A stretch of 64,000 nucleotides of DNA, from positions 21,234 through 85,233 of the forward strand of contig CAZWMJ010000001.1 of NCBI GenBank assembly GCA_964635045.1, in the 5' to 3' direction. The notes beneath the pieces were generated by a model. That model did not search any database and was not told the origin of the DNA. It saw only the letters and a list, made by a program, of their open reading frames with translations. Positions 46,012 through 52,711 of this stretch are shown here, in pieces (positions within the stretch are counted from its first letter, which is position 1; each line of letters begins with the position of its first letter). Both the position numbers and the translations under genes were made by a program. The DNA comes from an uncultured Gammaproteobacteria bacterium. GTDB taxonomy: Bacteria; Patescibacteriota; Microgenomatia; Levybacterales; UBA12049.

Positions 46012-46433
46012 TGAAGGGACAGACAAAAGCAACAAAAATTTCGGATATAAAAAGAGAGTGGCATCTGATTGATGTTAAAGGAAAAGTATTGGGTAGAATT
46101 TCCACAGAGATTGTCGGACTGTTGATGGGAAAAGGGAAGCCGTATTTTGTAAGAAATCTTGATTGCGGAGATTTTGTCGTTTTGATAAATGCCGGCGGTG
46201 TTTCGGTTAGCGGCAATAAAGAAGAAAAAAAGAAATACTATAGATATTCCGGATACCCGGGAGGGTTAAAAATTGAGGCATTAAAAGATTTAATGAAAAG
46301 GAAACCGGAAGAAGTTATTTATCATGCGGTTAGAGGCATGTTGCCGCAGAATAAATTGCGTGATAAGATGTTAAAGCGATTGTTGGTATTTGCGGGAGAA
46401 GAACACCCATATGGAGACAAATTCAAAAGTTAA
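46011..46433 (+). CDS. rplM: 50S ribosomal protein L13
   Basis: REWHLIDVKGKVLGRISTEIVGLLMGKGKPYF...YYRYSGYPGG. Confidence 0.97.
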   Translation: MKGQTKATKISDIKREWHLIDVKGKVLGRISTEIVGLLMGKGKPYFVRNLDCGDFVVLINAGGVSVSGNKEEKKKYYRYSGYPGGLKIEALKDLMKRKPEEVIYHAVRGMLPQNKLRDKMLKRLLVFAGEEHPYGDKFKS

Positions 46434-46878
46434 AAGTCAAAAGTCAAAAGATTTTATTTTTGCCGTAGGAAGGCGGAGGGAGGCTGTTGCCAGAGTCAGA
46501 CTTTATCACAGTCCCAAAAAAAGTATTTTATGGGAAGATAAAGAAATTAAAAAAGGAGAAATATTGGTTAATAAAAGGCCGATAGAAGAATATTTTGGCA
46601 GTGGGGTGGCAAAAGTTTTTTATACACAGCCCTTTGTGGTTACAAATACCCTTAATAAATTTATTATCACTGTCAGAGTTGAAGGCGGAGGACTTGAGGG
46701 ACAGCTTGGGGCTTTAGCGCAGGGAATTTCTCGCGCCCTTGCCAAACTTGATGCGGAAAAATATAGATCGCTTCTTAAAAAACACGGTTTGTTAACCCGT
46801 GATGCCAGAACAAGAGAGAGAAGGAAAATAGGGATGGGTGGAAAGGCGAGGAGGAAAAGGCAAAGTCCAAAACGATAA
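46411..46878 (+). CDS. rpsI: 30S ribosomal protein S9
   Basis: The ATG at 46411 is preferred (the track start at 46390 is TTG). AVGRRREAVARVRL and the C-terminus DARTRERRKIGMGGKARRKRQSPKR. Confidence 0.95.
   Translation: METNSKVKSQKSKDFIFAVGRRREAVARVRLYHSPKKSILWEDKEIKKGEILVNKRPIEEYFGSGVAKVFYTQPFVVTNTLNKFIITVRVEGGGLEGQLGALAQGISRALAKLDAEKYRSLLKKHGLLTRDARTRERRKIGMGGKARRKRQSPKR
46424..46451 (+). repeat. heptanucleotide tandem array (YAAAAGT)n x4 spanning the rplM stop and rpsI N-terminus
   Basis: CAAAAGT TAAAAGT CAAAAGT CAAAAGA read directly. Encodes ...KFKS-stop in rplM and KVKSQKSK in rpsI. Confidence 0.9.
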
Positions 46879-46889
46879 TTTCTACTTTT

Positions 46890-47330
46890 TTACTTTCGAC
46901 TATACTTCCCCACCAGTTCTGCTTTTTCCAAAATATGTCCTTCCATAGCTTCTTCCAAATCTTCCTTACTGTTTTTACTTTCAATAGAAAGTGTGGTATC
47001 GAGGGCATAAAGCTTGAAAAAATAGCGATGAGTGCCGGATGGAGGACAGGGACCGCCGTAGCCGGGTTTGCCAAAATTGGTTATTCCTTCAATCGCGCCC
47101 GGGAAGTTATTATTTTCTGTAATCTCTTTTGTTTGCGGATTGATATTCCAAACCGTCCAATGAACCCATGTTCCCACTGTGGCGTCGGGATCGTCCATAA
47201 TCAGGACCAAACTTTTGGTGTTTTGCGGAACATCGGAAAACGTCAGCTGCGGATTTATATTTTGTCCCTGGCAAGTATATTGTGAAGGGATAAACTGATT
47301 ATGTTGAAACGCCGAACTTTCAATTTTCAT
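46890..47330 (-). CDS. YbhB/YbcL family Raf-kinase-inhibitor-like (PEBP) protein
   Basis: LVLIMDDPDA..GTWVHW and GYGGPCPPSGTHRYFFKLYALD are PEBP hallmarks. Confidence 0.8.
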   Translation of the reverse strand: MKIESSAFQHNQFIPSQYTCQGQNINPQLTFSDVPQNTKSLVLIMDDPDATVGTWVHWTVWNINPQTKEITENNNFPGAIEGITNFGKPGYGGPCPPSGTHRYFFKLYALDTTLSIESKNSKEDLEEAMEGHILEKAELVGKYSRK

Positions 47331-47391
47331 ATTGCCGCCGATTCAAGAATACCACATAATAGGTGGGAATAAAAGATATATAATCTAAGTA

Positions 47392-48234
47392 ATGGCACCT
47401 CCTGCATGGGTAATTCTGGCAATTATTGGCGGGCTTTCTTCCAATCTTTTTAATTTCTTAAGCCGCTATGTTTTACGGGAAAACGACGATGCAACGTCGT
47501 GGGCGTGGTTTTACGAAACCATGCGCCTGCCGGTGTTTCTTCTTATCAGTCTTTTTGATTACAAACTTAATCTAACTGCCTATTCTGCATTTCTTCTTGT
47601 TGCCCTTGGTATCACCGAGGGGATTTCAGTGTATTTATACATGAAAATGCACCAGTACAGCGATTTATCTATTTCCACAATTATTTCCAGGACGCGGCTT
47701 ATATGGATTCCCCTAATCGGATTTATATTTATAGGCGAAAAGTTAATGCCCATAGAATATTTTGGCATTATTTTACTTTTTGCAGGCGTTGCAACAACCA
47801 TGGCGCCTCATAAATTATTTGTCGACAAAGGCGCGATATATGCCAATTTAGCGGCAGTTGTTATTGCGGTAAATGTTATTTTGTTAAAACTTGCTTCCTC
47901 TTATGCATCGGCCTCGATAATATTATTTTGCTATTCCGTTCCGGCGGCATTATTTTTTCCTATCATAATGAGGAATGCGAAAAAACGGCTTATGACATCG
48001 GCCGGGAAAAACTTTTTTCCAAAAGTTGTGGCAATGTTTGCCAGTGTTGGCGCCGGTTATTTTTTGGTTTTGGCCTTGCAAACAGGGGAAGTAAGCAAAG
48101 TAAATGGTATTTATCAGGGTATGATGGTAACCGGAGTAGTAGCAGGCATTATTCTTCTTAAAGAAAGAAAAGATATACTGCGAAAGCTTTTAGGTACAGC
48201 GCTTGCCATTATCGGCATCCTCATGTTTGCCTAA
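47392..48234 (+). CDS. EamA/DMT-family transporter
   Basis: 280 aa with about 10 hydrophobic helices in two similar halves. Confidence 0.55.
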   Translation: MAPPAWVILAIIGGLSSNLFNFLSRYVLRENDDATSWAWFYETMRLPVFLLISLFDYKLNLTAYSAFLLVALGITEGISVYLYMKMHQYSDLSISTIISRTRLIWIPLIGFIFIGEKLMPIEYFGIILLFAGVATTMAPHKLFVDKGAIYANLAAVVIAVNVILLKLASSYASASIILFCYSVPAALFFPIIMRNAKKRLMTSAGKNFFPKVVAMFASVGAGYFLVLALQTGEVSKVNGIYQGMMVTGVVAGIILLKERKDILRKLLGTALAIIGILMFA

Positions 48235-48269
48235 TATAATTCAACCTTTTAAGACAATCTTTTGATATA

Positions 48270-48299
48270 TTGACAGTGCGACAAAGCCAGTATTATACT
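48270..48299 (+). promoter_or_regulatory. promoter TTGACA-18-TATACT
   Basis: TTGACA at 48270-48275, an 18-nt spacer, TATACT at 48294-48299. Lies 12 nt upstream of the ATG at 48311. Confidence 0.55.
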
Positions 48300-48310
48300 G
48301 ATTTCTACTC

Positions 48311-48634
48311 ATGAGAAATGTAATAACAAAACAAGATATAAAAAAACTTGCTACAAGAACCGAATTGAAGCAAGTTGAAAAAAACTTGCGTAGAGAAATG
48401 TTGCGCGTAGAGGAACGAGTGGAAAATTTAGAAGAAGGGCAGAAAAGAATTGAAGTAAAAATTGATCAAGCAGAGCAATCTCTTGGTGTAAAAATTGACA
48501 AACTAACAAATACTGTTGTTTCGTTTATTGGAAGAGTAGATAATCTAGAAACAGAAAATGAAGTTGGTAGTTATCAAATAAGAGAGCTGGACACAAGAAT
48601 TACAAAACTTGAATCTTCAAGGCCCGCCGCATAA
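48311..48634 (+). CDS. coiled-coil hypothetical protein
   Basis: 107 aa with heptad-like Glu/Lys/Leu-rich sequence. No motif recognised. Confidence 0.5.
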   Translation: MRNVITKQDIKKLATRTELKQVEKNLRREMLRVEERVENLEEGQKRIEVKIDQAEQSLGVKIDKLTNTVVSFIGRVDNLETENEVGSYQIRELDTRITKLESSRPAA

Positions 48635-48777
48635 ACTCCCTTTCAGTAGACCTTTATAAAAAAATCCGAACTCACTTCAAGTCGAAAGGGAAATTATCCC
48701 AAATCAGGGCGGGGGCGGGCGGACCGCCACCGCTGAAAAAACATTTGCCAGTATATTATTTTGATATAATACCATGA

Positions 48778-49089
48778 GTGGATTTCATAATTGTAACAGC
48801 GATCGTTGTTGTTCTTATCGCTCTCATTTGCTCTACGATTGTTACTGTTTCCGTATTTAAATACATAGATAAGATTGGCGACGCAAAAGACGATAAGCAA
48901 AAAAGTTTAAAGGGAATTATTACATCACGAACGCTTTTTAACTTTTATCCTATTGTGATGCTTACTTTTATAATTCTTGTTAGAGCCTTAAACTTAATTG
49001 ATGCGCAACTTTTTATAGCATTATTTGTTGCAGACATAGGTGGTTTAGGTTTGAAAATTTCACGCGAAATATTGCAAAAGCAGAAATGA
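48778..49089 (+). CDS. small membrane hypothetical protein
   Basis: GTG start. Three hydrophobic helices (IIVTAIVVVLIALICSTIVTV, FNFYPIVMLTFIILV, LFIALFVADIGGLGL). Confidence 0.4.
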   Translation: MDFIIVTAIVVVLIALICSTIVTVSVFKYIDKIGDAKDDKQKSLKGIITSRTLFNFYPIVMLTFIILVRALNLIDAQLFIALFVADIGGLGLKISREILQKQK

Positions 49090-49101
49090 TATACTTAAAA
49101 T

Positions 49102-50136
49102 ATGGAGAACAAGGAGAAAAACTTCAATAAGGTAATTAAGCCACTGCTATCTGCATGGTTAGTATTTTTTGTGATAGCTCTAGTAACTTTTCAGGGAGGT
49201 TCTTCCATTTTTTTAGTAGCTTTTGGATTAGGGTCGCTATCTTTTCTTCTTTGTATCTTTTTTTATGCTCTTAATGAACAGATGAAAAATTCGAAACGCC
49301 CTAATTGGTTAATAGTTATGGCAAAAGTCGTTTTAATAATCTTGGTATTCCCATTATTTTTTCTTATTAAAACTGTTTCTTCTTATCGAAAGAATAAGCC
49401 AAAGTTATTTGATGTTAGGCATGTATTCCTTTTAGGAACGCTATTTGTAATATTGCCGTTTTGGCTTTTAGGCTATTTATTGGTGTTTATGGGCTCAACT
49501 CGGATATTCGGTTTAAGGTATTACATGTCTAGTATGGGTTCCGACACAATGCTTCCCACCCTTCCAAAAGACAGCCAATTTCGTCTTTACTCATATAAAA
49601 ACATTCTCTATAAGTTAAGTCCTTCCTATGCTTATAAGCTACAGCATGGTGACATAATTTCATTTTCTAACACAGCAACAAAGCAATTACTTAGCGTCCA
49701 AGGATTAAATGATAGTAATTTTGTCGGAAGAATAATTGCTTTACCCGATGAGGAAATAGAGATTAAAGGGGGAATAGTCTTCTTAAATGGCAAAGCCCTC
49801 GATGAACCATATACGCTGACCCCTAATTCAACTCATGTTAAAAAGTTTGAATATAAAGGTAAAACATATGGAGATTTCATGTCTGAATGCAATCCGCTTA
49901 CTATTCCAAGCAACAAAATGTTCGTTCTTGTTGATAATAGAGAGCATGGTGATGATTCACGTATTATTGGTTTGGTCGGTTTTAATGATATTAGTGCATA
50001 TCTACCCTTAAAAGATCAAATATCGGGATACCCAGGGGATTATTCAAACATTATTAAAAATAACTCTGGTTGGCGACAGCCAAAGACTACCTTAACGCAA
50101 GAAACAATAAGAAATGCCTCAGCCATCTGTAAGTAG
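49102..50136 (+). CDS. signal peptidase I (S26) homologue with N-terminal multi-TM extension and both catalytic residues substituted
   Basis: GSDTMLPTL aligns to G-S-S-M-x-P-T-L, with Thr at 49546-49548 in place of the nucleophile Ser. FVGRIIALPDEEIEI aligns to Y-V-K-R-I-I-G-L-P-G-D, with Gly at 49726-49728 in place of the general-base Lys. VDNREHGDDSR aligns to GDNRxxSxDSR. Confidence 0.65.
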   Translation: MENKEKNFNKVIKPLLSAWLVFFVIALVTFQGGSSIFLVAFGLGSLSFLLCIFFYALNEQMKNSKRPNWLIVMAKVVLIILVFPLFFLIKTVSSYRKNKPKLFDVRHVFLLGTLFVILPFWLLGYLLVFMGSTRIFGLRYYMSSMGSDTMLPTLPKDSQFRLYSYKNILYKLSPSYAYKLQHGDIISFSNTATKQLLSVQGLNDSNFVGRIIALPDEEIEIKGGIVFLNGKALDEPYTLTPNSTHVKKFEYKGKTYGDFMSECNPLTIPSNKMFVLVDNREHGDDSRIIGLVGFNDISAYLPLKDQISGYPGDYSNIIKNNSGWRQPKTTLTQETIRNASAICK

Positions 50137-50198
50137 GCGTGTAGGGAATATTCTCCAAGTCTTTCATCGGAAGATACGATTCCTAACTAGGAGTAGGG

Positions 50199-50227
50199 TT
50201 GACAAGAGTTAACTTCCAAAGTATGCT
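50199..50227 (+). promoter_or_regulatory. promoter TTGACA-17-TATGCT
   Basis: TTGACA at 50199-50204, a 17-nt spacer, TATGCT at 50222-50227. The track ORF 'start' at 50199 is this -35 box. Confidence 0.5.
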
Positions 50228-50270
50228 ACCACTGACAATACGAGAATCTAAGAGAAGGGAGGTACAAAGC

Positions 50271-50423
50271 ATGAGAGATTTCAAGTTTAAAATTTATAAA
50301 AAAAGAAAGCAAATAATGACTTTTGACGAACTACTAAAAGCTTGCGATACGAATATAGCTGTGGATAATAATGGAATCTTTTTATTTAAAGGAGAAGATT
50401 TTGAAATAAAAAAACTAGAATAG
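50271..50423 (+). CDS. small hypothetical protein (50 aa)
   Basis: ATG at 50271, 8 nt behind AAGGGAGG (MRDFKFKIYKKRKQIMTFDELLKACD...). Confidence 0.4.
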   Translation: MRDFKFKIYKKRKQIMTFDELLKACDTNIAVDNNGIFLFKGEDFEIKKLE

Positions 50424-50461
50424 CTACTGAGATAAATTTTATTTTAAGTGTACTGAGCTAA

Positions 50462-50490
50462 TTGCTAATAACTTAGTTCCAGCGTATAAT
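50462..50490 (+). promoter_or_regulatory. promoter TTGCTA-17-TATAAT
   Basis: TTGCTA at 50462-50467, a 17-nt spacer, TATAAT at 50485-50490. The ATG at 50505 lies 14 nt after the -10 element. Confidence 0.55.
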
Positions 50491-50504
50491 TTGGCTAATT
50501 CATA

Positions 50505-51188
50505 ATGAAATCTATCCAAAAATGTTATCTATGCGGACTTAGAGATGCTGATTCCAATGATCATGTTCCCCCAAAAAGCTTATTCCCTAAAAATGCAAAA
50601 ATCAAAGGATACAAATTGTCAGCATGCAGCAAATGCAACAACCTATTGCATTTAGATGAAGAATACTTGCGTGATAGACTTTCTATTACTGGTCATAACT
50701 CAGCAGCTTATGAAGTGTTTCAACAAGGTACTAGGAGAAGTTACCTAAGGCCTTATGAGATGATAAAAACTATTTCAAAGTTGGATTTAATTAATAGAGA
50801 TACAATGCCAGTGAATATTAAATCCTCAGCAGGTGTACATCTTGGAAATGCAACGGGTATCAAAATTGACCCAAAGAGGGTTAATCCAGTTTTCGTCAAA
50901 ATAATAAAAGGTTTGTATTATCAGCACTTTAATCAAAGAATTCCAGACACCTACAGTTTTAGTGTTTATTTTGATCCACCCAATTGGCTACCTAATTTGC
51001 TGCAAAAAACTAGTCCATTGATAGGCAGATTTGATGAAACATTCTGTTACAAGGGAATTGTTACTGCTCAAGATAGCGCAACGGGTATTTGGTGGCTATC
51101 TTTTTATACAAGTATTGGAGTAATCATTGTAACTCAAAATCCTACTTTGGCTCAACAGATTCAAAGCAAAAAAATAAATGACTCTTGA
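50505..51188 (+). CDS. HNH-like zinc-finger nuclease-motif protein
   Basis: The N-terminal CYLCG..(9)..DHVPPKSLFP..(17)..CSKCNN fits the CxxC-H-CxxCN arrangement of HNH beta-beta-alpha-Me fingers. The remaining about 170 aa are unrecognised. Confidence 0.4.
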   Translation: MKSIQKCYLCGLRDADSNDHVPPKSLFPKNAKIKGYKLSACSKCNNLLHLDEEYLRDRLSITGHNSAAYEVFQQGTRRSYLRPYEMIKTISKLDLINRDTMPVNIKSSAGVHLGNATGIKIDPKRVNPVFVKIIKGLYYQHFNQRIPDTYSFSVYFDPPNWLPNLLQKTSPLIGRFDETFCYKGIVTAQDSATGIWWLSFYTSIGVIIVTQNPTLAQQIQSKKINDS

Positions 51189-51711
51189 AGAATTAATAAT
51201 TGAAATGATGCCATTTTCTGATGAAATAAAGAATTGGTGTAAAAAATATCCTAAATTTTCTGAGGCATTAAAAATTATCTACCCAGAAAGGTTCATTAAT
51301 TTGGGAGGAGTAATAACTAGTCACCACCCGAATTTTTCAGAAGAAATTATCGGCGTTTATACTTATGATTATAAACGGGATAAGTTTATCCAAGATTTTA
51401 TAATCAACAAGGAAAATAAGACCTTTATTCTCTATACGAGAAATCCTAAAGGAAATAGTAAATATGTTAAGGATATTAATGACTTCTTTTTAAAATATGG
51501 AAAAGGAGTTCATTATTTGAATGTGCACCATTCATCCTTAAAAGATTTACCGGATCAAATAAAACTTAGGGCAATTGAGGCACTAAGAATAGCAGAAAAG
51601 CTTAAGCAAGCCGGTTATATCAGCCCGACTCAAGAACAGATTGACAAGACATATCAACAACTCAAATCGATTAAGAATAGTCAATGGTTTTTGAGAGAGA
51701 AACTGAAATAA
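51178..51711 (+). CDS. hypothetical protein (translationally coupled partner of the HNH-like gene)
   Basis: 177 aa, overlapping the upstream ORF by 11 nt. No motif recognised. Confidence 0.5.
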   Translation: MTLEELIIEMMPFSDEIKNWCKKYPKFSEALKIIYPERFINLGGVITSHHPNFSEEIIGVYTYDYKRDKFIQDFIINKENKTFILYTRNPKGNSKYVKDINDFFLKYGKGVHYLNVHHSSLKDLPDQIKLRAIEALRIAEKLKQAGYISPTQEQIDKTYQQLKSIKNSQWFLREKLK

Positions 51712-51764
51712 TTATACTTTGAACCCTTTTGTCTTATTGCAATCTTCCCCTTTTCTGTTATATT

Positions 51765-51795
51765 AAAACCGTGAAACTTTCCTTTCGGTTTTTTT
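51765..51795 (+). terminator. rho-independent terminator candidate
   Basis: AAAACCG ... CGGTTTT stem (7 bp, 14-nt loop) followed by TTT. Lies 54 nt after the stop at 51711. Confidence 0.5.
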
Positions 51796-51855
51796 AATGG
51801 CCACTTTGTACAGATCCGAAAGGGTTTGAGTACAACTAGAGTGGCCATTGATTTT
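51796..51855 (+). other. 54-nt compound hairpin with GAAA tetraloop followed by a T-tract
   Basis: AATGGCCAC/GTGGCCATT (9 bp), TTGTAC/GTACAA (6 bp), ATCC-GAAA-GGGT apex, then GATTTTT. Confidence 0.5.
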
Positions 51856-51906
51856 TAAAATTTTTGCGTCGATAGGTCTCGGGTTTATCGAGGGATGCGT
51901 ATAGAC

Positions 51907-52044
51907 TTATATTATTGGTTTGCCAAATTCAATCAAATTTTCCTTCTTTTTTCTTCGCCAGCCTTTAATTTGAGATTCTCTTCGCCTCGCTTCTAGAAGT
52001 GTTGAGAAAGTTTCTGTATAAACTAATTCAAAAGCTTTATTTCT
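51907..52044 (-). pseudogene. C-terminal remnant of a GIY-YIG (URI-domain) nuclease gene
   Basis: The reverse frame reads RNKAFELVYTETFSTLLEARRRESQIKGWRRKKKENLIEFGKPII-stop. The E.F....EA..RE.QIK.W.R.KK..LI pattern is the C-terminal half of small GIY-YIG proteins. The N-terminal GIY/YIG half is absent, with a stop codon immediately upstream. Confidence 0.5.
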
Positions 52045-52047
52045 TTA

Positions 52048-52144
52048 GGCTCAGCTCCCTTCGACTTCTTAAACATAATATTTATCTATTATTTTAACAG
52101 GTCGAAGACCCTGAGCGAAGTCGATTTATCGACGAGTCGAAGGG
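52048..52144. repeat. cluster of GCTGAGC / GTCGAAGG motif copies in inverted arrangement, abutting the tRNA-Pro 3' end
   Basis: GGCTCAGCTCCCTTCGAC at 52048-52065 (reverse orientation), GTCGAAGA-CCCTGAGCGAAGTCGA at 52101-52124, palindrome GTCGATTTATCGAC, and GTCGAAGGG at 52135-52143. Confidence 0.6.
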
Positions 52145-52215
52145 TCGGGATGCCGTGAATCGAACACGGACTACCGCACCCCCAGCGCGGCGTACTACCA
52201 CTATACTACATCCCG
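52145..52215 (-). tRNA. tRNA-Pro (anticodon GGG)
   Basis: Folded by hand. Acceptor CGGGATG/CATCCCG with discriminator A. D arm GTAT-AGTGGTA-GTAC. Anticodon arm CCGCG-CTGGGGG-TGCGG (U33, G34 G35 G36, G37). T arm CCGTG-TTCGATT-CACGG. CCA is not encoded. Confidence 0.88.
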
Positions 52216-52218
52216 GGA

Positions 52219-52659
52219 TTGGCTATTAGCTCTTTGCTATTAGCTGTTCGCTTTCAGACCTATTTATAGAATTGATTAGCGCATTTAACTCTTTACCAAC
52301 CGTGTTGCATTGTTCTAGAGATTCAGAAACATTTGTGTTAAATAATTCCTCCGCAATTTTTAATCCCGCAACGGTTTCATATAAAGATTTTAACGAGATT
52401 CTTAAAAAACTTTTAAACTCTTTATCTCCTAGACTGCCGGTTCCTTCTGCTATATTAAGTACGATAGAAATAACAGAACGTCTTAATTGATCTGCTAATC
52501 CGAATTTTTCTTCCTTAGGAAGAATTTTGATAACTTCATATACAAGTTTAACTAATTTCATCGCGCTTTTATATACGCGATATTTCTCAAATTTATACAT
52601 AAGAAATTGATATTGACTCTATATAATAAAAAGCTAAATGCTAACGGCTAATAGCCAAA
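52219..52659. mobile_element. IVS-like element: four-helix-bundle gene enclosed by imperfect inverted repeats
   Basis: TTGGCTATTAGC at 52219-52230 is perfectly complementary to GCTAATAGCCAA at 52648-52659. The next 15 nt of each arm match at 10 of 15 positions. The arms are built from the repeated word GCTATTAGC. Confidence 0.5.
52226..52600 (-). CDS. four-helix-bundle protein (23S rRNA intervening-sequence protein family)
   Basis: 124 aa reading FEKYRVYKSAMKLVKLVYEVIKILPKEEKFGLADQLRRSVISIVLNIAEG...EFKSFLRISLKSLYE, the characteristic pattern of this family. Confidence 0.8.
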   Translation of the reverse strand: MYKFEKYRVYKSAMKLVKLVYEVIKILPKEEKFGLADQLRRSVISIVLNIAEGTGSLGDKEFKSFLRISLKSLYETVAGLKIAEELFNTNVSESLEQCNTVGKELNALINSINRSESEQLIAKS

Positions 52660-52711
52660 AGCTATTTTTACCTCTTGCATTATAACAAAAAGTTGTTACA
52701 ATGGGAACGAA

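Noticed and set aside
51796-51849. SRP (4.5S) RNA
   Set aside because: It is hairpin-shaped with a GNRA loop, but it lacks the conserved domain IV symmetric and asymmetric loop sequences (no AGCA/GGAA arrangement) and is only ~54 nt long.
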